Below, piece after piece: positions 37,144-46,702 of a stretch of 64,000 nucleotides of DNA. Each line of letters opens with the position of its first letter. The first letter of the stretch is position 1. Below the pieces are notes generated by a model, which was not told the origin of the DNA, ran no database searches, and saw only the letters and a list, made by a program, of their open reading frames with translations. The position numbers and the translations under genes are program-made. The stretch spans positions 23,080 to 87,079 of the forward strand of contig JBCCQY010000017.1 in assembly GCA_039208735.1 (NCBI GenBank). Reading direction: 5' to 3'. This stretch comes from Myxococcota bacterium. GTDB lineage: Bacteria; Myxococcota_A; UBA796; GCA-2862545.

Positions 37144-37974
37144 ATGCTCGCACCAGGACAGCACGACCTCGACGGGGCACTGGCCCGAATCAACCAACTG
37201 GGCGTCTTTCCGGATGCTGCGATTCGCATCTTGGACGTCACGCAGGATCCCACCGCACAGCTGACGGATCTTGAGCGGGCGGTGGCTTCGGACCCCGTGT
37301 TGTCGGCCCGGGTTCTCCAGGTCGCCAATTCGCCGTTGTATGGCCTCTCCCAGAGCATTGGCACCCTGTCGCGCGCGGTCCAGATGCTCGGGATGGACGG
37401 CACGCGAGGGGTGGCCTTCGCCCTAGCCGTTAGCGCGGTCGGGGCTCATGGAGGTCCGCTCTGTCATGAGCTGTATCTACATGCGCTAGCCTCGGCTTCG
37501 GTGGTTCGATTGGCGGGACCGCTGGCCAATGGGGTCCACAGCGGCATGCTCTTCGTGACCGCCCTCGTGCACAACCTAGGCCTGCAACTGCTCCTGATCC
37601 TCGAGCCGGAATCGTCGCGAGCCCTCCTCGAACGGTTTGGTCACAATGCGATGCTCACCAAGGCCGAGCGCGTTCACTTCGGCTTCGATCACGCCCAGTT
37701 GGGCGCTGAAGGCATGCGCCAGTGGGGTCTGCCCGACCCCGCCGCAGAACTCATTGCGCATCACCACGACCCGGTCGCCAAGACCCAACGGTCTCGGGCC
37801 CTGCTCGCGATCGCGGACGACGTCGCCGATGCCATTTTGGCAGGCGACACGGTGGCGGGAATTGCCGCCCTCGCTTCCGACCATCCTCTCGGTGCTCCCC
37901 TCGGACTCTCCGACGTTCACTGGATGACCGTAGTCGACCAAGTTCCCGAGGTGATGTCTGAACTCACCGTCTAG
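37144..37974 (+). CDS. HDOD-domain protein
   Basis: DPVLSARVLQVANSPLYG, FGFDHAQLG, WGLP, IAHHH. Confidence 0.9.
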   Translation: MLAPGQHDLDGALARINQLGVFPDAAIRILDVTQDPTAQLTDLERAVASDPVLSARVLQVANSPLYGLSQSIGTLSRAVQMLGMDGTRGVAFALAVSAVGAHGGPLCHELYLHALASASVVRLAGPLANGVHSGMLFVTALVHNLGLQLLLILEPESSRALLERFGHNAMLTKAERVHFGFDHAQLGAEGMRQWGLPDPAAELIAHHHDPVAKTQRSRALLAIADDVADAILAGDTVAGIAALASDHPLGAPLGLSDVHWMTVVDQVPEVMSELTV

Positions 37975-38030
37975 AGTGGCGTGCTTCGACCCTCGAAGGA
38001 ATGATGGAGGCTCCCCAAAGGGAGGAAGGC

Positions 38031-38540
38031 GTGACCGATGAGCTGGCACGAGGGCGGTTTTTGCGGCTGGTACGCCGCGACGGATGGGAGTGGGCGGAAC
38101 GCACCAACGTGACGGGCGTCGTCGTCATCGTTGCCCAAACGCCCAACAACGCGGTGTTGTTGGTGGAACAACCACGCATTCCCGTGGGTGCACCCGTTAT
38201 CGAGTTTCCAGCAGGGCTCGCGGGAGATGTCGACGCCACCGAGGCGCTGGCGACCGCCGCAGCCCGCGAACTCGAAGAAGAGACGGGGTTCGCGGCAGAA
38301 ACGATGATTCGCGTAACCGAAGGTCCGGTTTCCGCGGGCATGTCGAGTGAGTCCCTCACGTTCTTTGTGGCCAAGGGACTGAAGCGAGTCGGGCCTGGCG
38401 GAGGCGACGGAAGCGAGCGAATCACGGTCCACGCGATTCCCCGCGATGAAGTGGATGCTTGGCTTGTCGCCCGCCAAGCTGAGGGAACGTTGGTCGATCC
38501 AAAAGTCTACGCCGGACTCTACTTTCTCGATCGCGCATGA
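38031..38540 (+). CDS. NUDIX hydrolase (ADP-ribose pyrophosphatase-like)
   Basis: EFPAGL and RELEEETG Nudix box. Confidence 0.9.
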   Translation: MTDELARGRFLRLVRRDGWEWAERTNVTGVVVIVAQTPNNAVLLVEQPRIPVGAPVIEFPAGLAGDVDATEALATAAARELEEETGFAAETMIRVTEGPVSAGMSSESLTFFVAKGLKRVGPGGGDGSERITVHAIPRDEVDAWLVARQAEGTLVDPKVYAGLYFLDRA

Positions 38541-40756
38541 TCGGCCTTTTCCTCGTCGTACTGGCCGGCCCGGCGTTCGCACAGACGGCCCCGGTCCTCA
38601 CCACGGCACCCGAACCGGTCGTGGGGGAGACGGCGACCCGCATCGGCCTTCGACTGACCGTAGACGCCACCGGCCAGGTCACCGAGGTTCAAATTTTGGT
38701 TTCGAGCGGTGTCCCTCGTCTCGATGCCCTGGCTCAGACGCGCGCACGTACGTTGACGTTCACGCCGGCCCTCGACCCTCTGGGGCGCCCAGTCGCGGTG
38801 ACCCTTCGCCTCGATTACCCCGTCCAAGCCTCCGAAGACGATACTTCGGGCATCCTTGAGCTGGTGGTCGAAGGACAACGGCAAGCCCCCCCTCGACCGT
38901 CCGTGACCCTGGACGATATTCGCTATCTGCCTGGTAGCGGCGGCGACATCGTACGAGCCGTTCAGAACTTGCCGGGCGTCGCTCGCCCGCCGTTTGGCCT
39001 GGGCCAGCTGCTCATCCGGGGGACGGCCCCCGAAGACAGTGCGTTCTACCTCGATGGGGTGCGCATTCCGTCCGTGTTTCACTTCGGTGGCCTGTCGACG
39101 GTCATCAACGCGGATCTGTTGGCAGACGCCACGCTCTTCGCAAGCAACTACAGCGCTCGCTACGGCCGCTCCCTCGGCGGGGTGGTCGACCTCGCGCTCG
39201 ATGACCGTCCCCCTCTCGCCACGACCGGCTACGCCTCGATCGACCTGTTTCAGGCCACCGCGTTCGCCTCGGTGGCCCTGCCGAAGACGTCCCTCACCGC
39301 TTCGGTCCGCCGGTCCTACATCGATGCCGTGTTGCAACCCATCCTGCCCAGCCTGGTCGAGCAGACCGTTCGTGCTCCCCGTTTTTTCGACGCCCAAGCC
39401 CGCGTGTTGACCAGGGGCGCACGACGCTCCTTCGACACCTTGGTTCTCGCCTCCAACGACGCGTTTGCCGTGCTAGGGGAGGAGGAGGACACGCCGATCG
39501 TCTCGATTCGCTCCGGCTTCCTCAAGGGTCGACTACGCCTGCGTTCTCGGGGAGATCACCGCTGGGACCATGAGGCCGCACTCTTGATTGGCCCCGAGTG
39601 GCAGACACTCCAACTCGAAGACGACGGCATTGCCCAGGAACAGGGGATGGTGGCCAACGCGCGGGCGGAAATGACTCGCACCACAGGACCGTTGTTTTGG
39701 CGTTTCGGAACCGATCTGGCGTTCGAAAACCAACGCTGGGCCTTCGATGTGCCCACGTTTGGCGCCCCCGACGAGGGCCAGGGCTACGCGATATTGCCCG
39801 CGGGCTACGCAGAGGCCACTGCGCGTACCGAACGGATGTCCTGGCGCTTGGGATTGCGCGGCGATCTTCAGGTCGTACGCTTTACCGAGGACCCCGAGCC
39901 GGGCGCCTCCCTCGACCGTCGCGCCGGGACCCTCGACCCCCGAGCCGTGATTCGCTACCGGCCCTTCGAGGGCGCGACCCTCTCGTTGTCGGCGGGTCGG
40001 TTCAGCCAGTTTCCTACCCTTCGGCAACTCGAGCCGGCGGAAAGCCAGGCGCTGGGGCCGGCGAGCGCAACCCAACTCGCCCTGACGTGGCAACAGCGAC
40101 TCCTCGACCGCTTCGATCTTCGCGTCACCGGCTTTCACACCGAACTCGGGGGATTGGTGGTGGGTCGCCAAGACGCCTTCGAGTTCTTCACCACGCCCCC
40201 GAAACCTGGCCCCACCGACGATGGCGACTGGGCCAACGATGGCAACGGGCGGGTGGATGGCGTGGAGTTTCAACTTTCCGCTCGCGGGTCGAAGACCCTG
40301 GGGTGGATTTCGGCCACCTTTGCCCGCTCCACCCGCCAGGACCGACCTGACGATCCGTACCGTCCCTACGCCTACGACCAGCCCATCAACCTGGTCGCTC
40401 TGCTCACCCGCCAGCTGGGTCGAGGCTGGCGGGTCGGGGGACGCCTTCGCTATTCCTCGGGCACCCCCTACACCGCCGTCCGGTTCTCGATTTACGATCT
40501 CGAAAATCGACGGTTCATCCCCGTGTTCGACGATGAGTTCGGATCACGAACGTCCTCGTTTGCCGCACTCGATCTGCGCGTCGACAAAACGTGGGAGTAC
40601 GCTCGGTGGCGGTTGTCGCTGTACCTCGATGCGACCAACGTCACGAATCGCCGCAACGTAGAACTCATCACGTTCAATCAAGACTTTACCGAAGAACGTC
40701 CCATCACAGGGCTGCCCATCGTTCCCGCGTTCGGACTGCGGGCCGACTTCCCTTGA
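38537..40756 (+). CDS. TonB-dependent receptor with N-terminal TonB-C domain
   Basis: VDATGQV..SSG..LD TonB-C motif; plug LPGV..IRG..YLDG; YSARYG; LDLRVDK; NVTN; terminal GLRADF. Confidence 0.88.
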   Translation: MIGLFLVVLAGPAFAQTAPVLTTAPEPVVGETATRIGLRLTVDATGQVTEVQILVSSGVPRLDALAQTRARTLTFTPALDPLGRPVAVTLRLDYPVQASEDDTSGILELVVEGQRQAPPRPSVTLDDIRYLPGSGGDIVRAVQNLPGVARPPFGLGQLLIRGTAPEDSAFYLDGVRIPSVFHFGGLSTVINADLLADATLFASNYSARYGRSLGGVVDLALDDRPPLATTGYASIDLFQATAFASVALPKTSLTASVRRSYIDAVLQPILPSLVEQTVRAPRFFDAQARVLTRGARRSFDTLVLASNDAFAVLGEEEDTPIVSIRSGFLKGRLRLRSRGDHRWDHEAALLIGPEWQTLQLEDDGIAQEQGMVANARAEMTRTTGPLFWRFGTDLAFENQRWAFDVPTFGAPDEGQGYAILPAGYAEATARTERMSWRLGLRGDLQVVRFTEDPEPGASLDRRAGTLDPRAVIRYRPFEGATLSLSAGRFSQFPTLRQLEPAESQALGPASATQLALTWQQRLLDRFDLRVTGFHTELGGLVVGRQDAFEFFTTPPKPGPTDDGDWANDGNGRVDGVEFQLSARGSKTLGWISATFARSTRQDRPDDPYRPYAYDQPINLVALLTRQLGRGWRVGGRLRYSSGTPYTAVRFSIYDLENRRFIPVFDDEFGSRTSSFAALDLRVDKTWEYARWRLSLYLDATNVTNRRNVELITFNQDFTEERPITGLPIVPAFGLRADFP

Positions 40757-40798
40757 CCACAACGGCGAAGCGGCCATCTTCGAGGTCGAGGTCGCCCA

Positions 40799-41563
40799 CT
40801 AAACGCGTTCAGCGGGCAGGGCTACGACGTCCCATTGCCCTACCGTGACCTCTACGGCATCGACCCGAGCCTGCAACAGCCGCGTGTGCCGCCAGGCCTC
40901 AATCATGGATCGATCCCCGTGAATGAGGCTGGCCTGTGCCGCCGTGTCCTCAATCAGGCGCCGAACCATCGCCCGCTGGCGGCTCTCGACCTGCCAAGGC
41001 GCCGCCACGGCACGGACATCGTAGCCACGAATGCGCAGGTGATCGGCCAGCCACGTCGCAGCGTGGGGTCCCGCTCCGGTCACCCGCTGGTGCAGACGCA
41101 CCGCGGCCTGAAGTTGCTCGTCGTGGGGATGCCGCGGATGCCAACGTACCGAACCATCCGGTACGGGCCCTGCGAGCAGGGGAGCCCGGGAGCGCGCCAC
41201 CCAACTCGACACCAACGCGAGGCCTTCGCTATCAACCCCGGCCAGGTCGGTGACCAAAACGCCATCCACCGCAACCGCCCAGTCGGCGAGTTGGTGGGGC
41301 CCTCGCTGTTCGATCGAGGCCAGGCCATCGGGAACCATTTCGAGCAGCGCGTGGTCTGAATCCACCACGGTGAAGGTCCACCGTTGAGCCACCTCAAACT
41401 GGGACCGCAACCACTTCACCGTCGAGCCGATTCCATCTCCCAACGACACAACATGCGCCTCGTCAGGCATATGGCCCACAAACGTCTCCGCGAAGGGGAG
41501 GTAGCGGGCTGCACCATCGAACGGTGCGCGTCGCGCCAATGCAGCGGCGGTACGGTGATTCAC
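40799..41563 (-). CDS. Divergent class I SAM-dependent methyltransferase-like protein
   Basis: SLGDGIGS glycine loop; VDSDHALL; GTG start at 41563 inferred. Confidence 0.55.
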   Translation of the reverse strand: MNHRTAAALARRAPFDGAARYLPFAETFVGHMPDEAHVVSLGDGIGSTVKWLRSQFEVAQRWTFTVVDSDHALLEMVPDGLASIEQRGPHQLADWAVAVDGVLVTDLAGVDSEGLALVSSWVARSRAPLLAGPVPDGSVRWHPRHPHDEQLQAAVRLHQRVTGAGPHAATWLADHLRIRGYDVRAVAAPWQVESRQRAMVRRLIEDTAAQASLIHGDRSMIEAWRHTRLLQARVDAVEVTVGQWDVVALPAERV

Positions 41564-41677
41564 GTTGTCAGCCCAAGCGAGAGATCGTCGATCTTCGTGG
41601 TACCATCGATTGTTGTCCGTTGGGTCAACGGGATCGCCCGAGGCTTCAGGTCCCCTTGCGCGGAGCGATGACCGAAC

Positions 41678-43087
41678 ATGCATCCACTGCTTGCTCTCCT
41701 CGTCACCGTGGCGACGGCAGCCACCGAAATCCACCCCATCGAATTGCGGTCGATGGTTGAGGAAATCGCTCCGGTTGTCGAGCAGGTCGCAGGTCGTCCA
41801 TTTCTGCGCCTGCCTCCGGTGGTCGCGACCGATGAAGCACAGCTTGAAGCTGTCATCTTCAAAGAACAGGTCCACCTTTCGATGACCCAGGGCCTTCCGG
41901 CCGAAGCCGCCGAGCATCACGCCCGCGTGGTCGCTCACGAAGTCGCGGATTCGTTCGCGGGCAAATATGGATTCCTCGACAAGGTCCTCTACGTCTCGGT
42001 CGAGGGCATCGCCCATCGCCTGGCCGCCCAACGAGCCCCGGCATGGCTACTGCGCCCCATGGTGCGCGTGGTGCTGGCGCATGAACTTGCTCATGCCCTT
42101 CAAGATCAACACACCGATCTGGCCGCCATGGCGACCCGAGCCCGTGGAGAGGACGCCGTTCTCGCGATCAACTGTGCGGTCGAGGGGCACGCCGTCTGGG
42201 TGCACGAAGCGGTGGCCGCTCGCATGGGGCTGTCTGACGCCCTTGACGTGATGACCGAACTGCTCGGCACCGACCGCGCGCTTGACCCATTGCTCAACCC
42301 AAGCGCCTACCACAACACTTATGTGTACGGCCTCGGTCGGGACTTCGTGGCGTTTCACGTTCATCACGGCGGAACCGAGCAAGTCTGGAAGGTGCTCGAG
42401 CGCCCTCCCGCGACCACCCAGCAAATCGCAACGCCCGCGCGGTGGGCGTCCCGTCGGTCGCTGTCCTGGCCTTCGACCGAGCTGCGACGTGCCGTTCGGC
42501 GTCTGGCGCCTCGCAAATGGATGACCGACACCCGACGCATGGGGGACTACGAAATCCGCGATCAACTGCTTCGCGCCGAAGCCTCCGAGGTGTTGGCGGA
42601 TGCGCTGGTTGATGGCTGGAATGCGCGGGCGATTGGCGCGGCCAACCAAGGCCTTGAGGTGCAACACCTCCGATTCGAATCGGCGGAAACGGCAACCTCG
42701 TTCGTCGTCCAGATGCGCATCGGAGCCAATCGCCAAGTGGAACTCTTGGATGGCGATCCGTTCGTTCGAGCCACGTCGGGTCAGCTCGACTGTGGGGAAG
42801 GCTGGACGACCGCCCGCGAAGGCATCACGGTGGCCCTGTTCGGGGACCTTGGTGAGGACGAGTCATCGCCGCAAGATAAGCGCAATGATCAGCTCGGACG
42901 ACTTTGGGTGTCCGATCGAGAACATGTGCTGCAGGTCATTTTCGTAAATGCGCGAGTTTCCGACGCTCGGCTGTGCCGCGTGCTCCGTCCTCTGGTGCAT
43001 TCACTCGGGTCGGCTCGGAACTCGAGCAGCCGGCACGGCGAATCGACGGCGGGCCCGCTCGAGTTTTGGCAGATTGATCCGCAATAA
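41678..43087 (+). CDS. Secreted zinc metallopeptidase-like protein
   Basis: AHELAHALQDQH (HExxH) plus downstream VEGHA. Confidence 0.75.
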   Translation: MHPLLALLVTVATAATEIHPIELRSMVEEIAPVVEQVAGRPFLRLPPVVATDEAQLEAVIFKEQVHLSMTQGLPAEAAEHHARVVAHEVADSFAGKYGFLDKVLYVSVEGIAHRLAAQRAPAWLLRPMVRVVLAHELAHALQDQHTDLAAMATRARGEDAVLAINCAVEGHAVWVHEAVAARMGLSDALDVMTELLGTDRALDPLLNPSAYHNTYVYGLGRDFVAFHVHHGGTEQVWKVLERPPATTQQIATPARWASRRSLSWPSTELRRAVRRLAPRKWMTDTRRMGDYEIRDQLLRAEASEVLADALVDGWNARAIGAANQGLEVQHLRFESAETATSFVVQMRIGANRQVELLDGDPFVRATSGQLDCGEGWTTAREGITVALFGDLGEDESSPQDKRNDQLGRLWVSDREHVLQVIFVNARVSDARLCRVLRPLVHSLGSARNSSSRHGESTAGPLEFWQIDPQ

Positions 43088-44167
43088 TGTACGCGCCATG
43101 CGCCGGGCTCGGTCGCCGTAGTAAGGCCGAAGTGCGGTTTCAAGGTGGGGCTCGATGTCGGAGAGTTTCGCGCCACCCCCGACCACCTTGTAGAGCCGCT
43201 TGGCGACCGCCGGCCCGGCGTTGTAGCCGATATAGACCAACAAGAGGTTCCCCCCTAAGTCTTCGGACAACTCGTCGACGAAGGCGACGCCGGCTCGAAT
43301 CGAACGTTCGGCGTCAAATCGAGCATCGGTGAGGTCGCAAGGGAACTGGCTGCTGACTCGCGAAACCGCCGTGGGGTCGGTCTCGAGGGCGACCTGAACC
43401 TTCCAAGGGACCTTGCAGTCCGTGCAGCCACACGCAGAGACGCCCCCGGCTCCGAAGATGTGTCGGAAGGGAGGCCGCTGTGCGGTGCTGACGCAGAATT
43501 GCATGAGGCCCGAACACCCCGTCGGTGACACGGCGTACTGTTTGCCACTCGACTCGACCCACATCACGGCCTTGGTATCGGCAAAGCGGTCGAGGTCGCT
43601 CTTCGCGGCCTGCATCAAGATGGGGTCCCACCGGTCCATGAGCGGAATCGAAGCCGAGTCGAGGGTGGCCTGAAACGCCGCAGCATCCACCGGTTGTTGC
43701 ACCGGCGTGGGCTCGACAAGCACCGGGCGACCCACGGCGAGCCACGCATCGAGCGCCCGAAACAGCGCACTGCCGTCGACGAGGTGCGTCAAACGGTCGC
43801 GTACCGTCTCATACGACAAGGTCGGAGCGACGAGCGTGGGTTGTAGGCCAAGCGGGACAAAGGCGATGAGGGCCAACACGACCGCCAAGGCCCACGAGCC
43901 ACAGCCCACGCGGCGCTTCGACTTCTCGTTTCGATGGATCTGGCTCCACCAGGGAGCCGTGATGGCCAGTACCGCCACGTGCAACGCACCTAGGGTCAGC
44001 GTGCGAAACCCTTGCGGACCGACCGGCAACGGCACCTGTTGAGACAGCGACCACCACCACTCCGCCGGATCGATGCCGAAGAGGTGGGGGGCAAGGCCTT
44101 CTGCGCTGGCGATGATCCAAGCGGTGAAGGACACCACCCAAATCACCTTGGCAACCGCCAGGAGCAC
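43001..44167 (-). CDS. Membrane-anchored lytic transglycosylase (SLT)
   Basis: VESSG, GLMQF, YNAG motifs; N-terminal TM helices. Confidence 0.85.
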   Translation of the reverse strand: MLLAVAKVIWVVSFTAWIIASAEGLAPHLFGIDPAEWWWSLSQQVPLPVGPQGFRTLTLGALHVAVLAITAPWWSQIHRNEKSKRRVGCGSWALAVVLALIAFVPLGLQPTLVAPTLSYETVRDRLTHLVDGSALFRALDAWLAVGRPVLVEPTPVQQPVDAAAFQATLDSASIPLMDRWDPILMQAAKSDLDRFADTKAVMWVESSGKQYAVSPTGCSGLMQFCVSTAQRPPFRHIFGAGGVSACGCTDCKVPWKVQVALETDPTAVSRVSSQFPCDLTDARFDAERSIRAGVAFVDELSEDLGGNLLLVYIGYNAGPAVAKRLYKVVGGGAKLSDIEPHLETALRPYYGDRARRMARTLLRINLPKLERARRRFAVPAARVPSRPE

Positions 44168-45600
44168 TATCGACCGGCCCAGCGTTTGCGGAGGTAGGGC
44201 TCGAGCTTATCGCCCGCTGTCAACTTCATGATGAGCACGATGAGCGGCATGACCATGGCCAGGAACCAGGCCGCGGCAAGACGCGACGTCATCCACATCG
44301 ACCGAGCCTCGGCGTTTTCGGCATCGCTGTCGCCTCTCGTGATCGCCTCAAGCGCCTCGGCGCGATCGAGCACTCCCGGGGGCCGCGTGGCTACCGCCGT
44401 CTTCGCCTGTTCATCGAGTTCATCGACTTCGGCCTGGAGGTTCGCGACCGCCGGATCGGCACGAACCTCGGTCTCGCACTCGGCCACGGCCTGACGACAC
44501 AAATCCTCGTGCCCCTGGGCTTCGGCAGCCTTCGACCGGGCATCCTTTTCCATGCCGACGGCTTTGAAGTAACGAGGACCCTTGCCGCGCTTACCCGTCG
44601 CGCCAACCCCGATGAGGGCCACCACGTCGGTCGCCTCAAGGTCTTTGGCCTTCGCAATGAGGTAGCCCCGATCCGCAACCGGATCGGCCCCCTGCTCTTC
44701 TTCGTTCTTCACGAATTCGATGGCTGAGACCATCAGGCTCGCCCGCTCGGTCTGCTGCTTCGCCTCGAAACACTCGGGGTCCGCGGGCATGGCGTGCTGC
44801 AGCATGCAGCTGCCAAACTTCTGCTCGACGACCGCGGCGAGTTCCTCGCTCTTGGTCTCCACCTTGTCTCGAGCTTCATCCTGGACCATTCGGCCGTGTT
44901 CCTCGATGATCTCGGAGTAGAACATCGTCTCGTGCAAGGGACCGGCCACGAGGAAGCCCGCGGTGAACATCACGAGCCCACGCACAAAGATCATTGATCC
45001 GTCTTGGAACCCGTACGTTGCGAACAGGAACACAGCGATCGATGCAGCGAGGGAAATCCCTGCCCCAAAGTTCACCAATCCGTCGGAGATGCCCGTATCG
45101 GGGCCGTACCACTCGTACCCAAAGCCCGCGATGGCCAGGGCAAAGAGCACAACCGAGACCGTGATGGGAATGAACTGGAGGTTTGCGTCTTGGATGGGCT
45201 TACGCACCATCGAGATGGCAAAGGTGGCGAAGGCGGACGAGAACGTGGTGCCCAACAACGCAGCGAGCAGCCACGGCAACCACCAAGGCTCGAGGCTCAC
45301 GAAGTAGCCGTGAAACATCCAGGTGAACCCAAGTGCGTCGACGAGCCAGTTCATCGTGATGGCCACGTACACGTCGCGCGCATACCCTACCGAAGGGTGG
45401 TAGGTCGGCGCCATGTTCGGCTGGAACAGTGGGGCATCCTTGCCCCGCAACATCACGCCGAAAAAGGGAAGGACCGGAATCCAGCGTCGCACCGTCCCGA
45501 ACCGATCTCGGGTGGCAAGCGGCTCGAGCGACGAATTCTCTTCGTCGTAATCGAGGTCGGGACGCGACAGATTGGGCTGGGTGTCGGGTTCGATGGGCAT
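44167..45600 (-). CDS. Multi-TM membrane protein with periplasmic coiled coil (DUF4407-like)
   Basis: N-terminal TM block, helical Cys-paired region with GATGKRGKGPRY, C-terminal TM. Confidence 0.7.
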   Translation of the reverse strand: MPIEPDTQPNLSRPDLDYDEENSSLEPLATRDRFGTVRRWIPVLPFFGVMLRGKDAPLFQPNMAPTYHPSVGYARDVYVAITMNWLVDALGFTWMFHGYFVSLEPWWLPWLLAALLGTTFSSAFATFAISMVRKPIQDANLQFIPITVSVVLFALAIAGFGYEWYGPDTGISDGLVNFGAGISLAASIAVFLFATYGFQDGSMIFVRGLVMFTAGFLVAGPLHETMFYSEIIEEHGRMVQDEARDKVETKSEELAAVVEQKFGSCMLQHAMPADPECFEAKQQTERASLMVSAIEFVKNEEEQGADPVADRGYLIAKAKDLEATDVVALIGVGATGKRGKGPRYFKAVGMEKDARSKAAEAQGHEDLCRQAVAECETEVRADPAVANLQAEVDELDEQAKTAVATRPPGVLDRAEALEAITRGDSDAENAEARSMWMTSRLAAAWFLAMVMPLIVLIMKLTAGDKLEPYLRKRWAGR

Positions 45601-45711
45601 CAGGCTCCCCGCCAACGGCACGCTGCTTTGTAGCAAGGTGGGTACGGGAGAGCCCGGATCCCGATTCGTCCCCACCTTTGCGCAGCCTCCACCCCGACTG
45701 AGGCCGGTCCG

Positions 45712-46494
45712 TCAGCCCTCGCCGATCACCACCGCATCGACCACCTGACACACCTCGCCCACGCAGGCTTCGATGGTCCAGGTTCCGGCCACCGCACCTT
45801 CCCGCAGGGCACGGGCCAGACGATGGTGACTCCGACCCGCGCGGCACTGGTGCCCCTCATCGCTCGGGAACGCGCACGGCATCGCCTCGATGGGATAGCC
45901 GCCGTTCGGATCCCGCCAGCGAATCCACGTGGGTTCCTGGTTTGCAACCTCGAACGTGACCCACTGGTAGTCTGCATCCGACCAGTGCGTGACGGAATCG
46001 TGAGCCACCCCCACAATGTCTCGGGACGTAGGACCCACGAACCGCTCGGCATTGGGGTGGACCGGTTCGATTTCGCCCAGTGACGAGGTTCCAACCGGAT
46101 GTGCGGCCGATGCCAGAAGGACCGCATCCGACATCATGACGCCTGATGCGAGGTCGGCGGTCGACGCCTCGGTCATCTCGGGAAGGGGTACCGGCGCCCG
46201 GGCTTCGGCCTCTGGCCCTGGCTGCAACGCAACCACGCCGATCGAAAAGGCCAAGACCATCATCGACGTCACGACACCGCGAAACCCGCGCATCCAACGG
46301 CGACGACGCCGGCGGGCTTGCTCGGCCTCCACCCACTGGGCCAGTTCGTACGCGCGACGACGCCCCGCCGCAACCGAGCGCCATCGCGTGAGCTGATCCT
46401 CGGTGTGAACGGCGCGACGATCAACGGTTGGCTGGGCGTCAACCGGGGTCACAGGCACCTTTACGGAATATCGGGCACGGGCATGACGTTTCAT
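45712..46494 (-). CDS. Single-TM hypothetical protein
   Basis: Arg-rich stretch before the TM; four-Cys C-terminal beta domain; GGAG RBS. Confidence 0.65.
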   Translation of the reverse strand: MKRHARARYSVKVPVTPVDAQPTVDRRAVHTEDQLTRWRSVAAGRRRAYELAQWVEAEQARRRRRRWMRGFRGVVTSMMVLAFSIGVVALQPGPEAEARAPVPLPEMTEASTADLASGVMMSDAVLLASAAHPVGTSSLGEIEPVHPNAERFVGPTSRDIVGVAHDSVTHWSDADYQWVTFEVANQEPTWIRWRDPNGGYPIEAMPCAFPSDEGHQCRAGRSHHRLARALREGAVAGTWTIEACVGEVCQVVDAVVIGEG

Positions 46495-46702
46495 GGCGAA
46501 CTCCGTCGGCTCGTCTCCTTCTCGCTTCGCTCGTCGGAGAACGCGTGATCTCACTGTCCCCAATCCGGTACCTCAACCAAAATCTACTAGGCAACAAGAT
46601 TCTTTGCGAGTCAAGTTTCAAGAGGTTGCTAGAATGCGGTTCGGTGCTTTGCACAATCGAGCCGCCTACCCCTTACGGAAAGCGGAATCAGTGGAGGATC
46701 CC

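Noticed and set aside
41564..42031. 5' extension of the 410-aa minus-strand ORF
   Set aside because: Overlaps the metallopeptidase gene antisense; methyltransferase-like sequence begins near 41563
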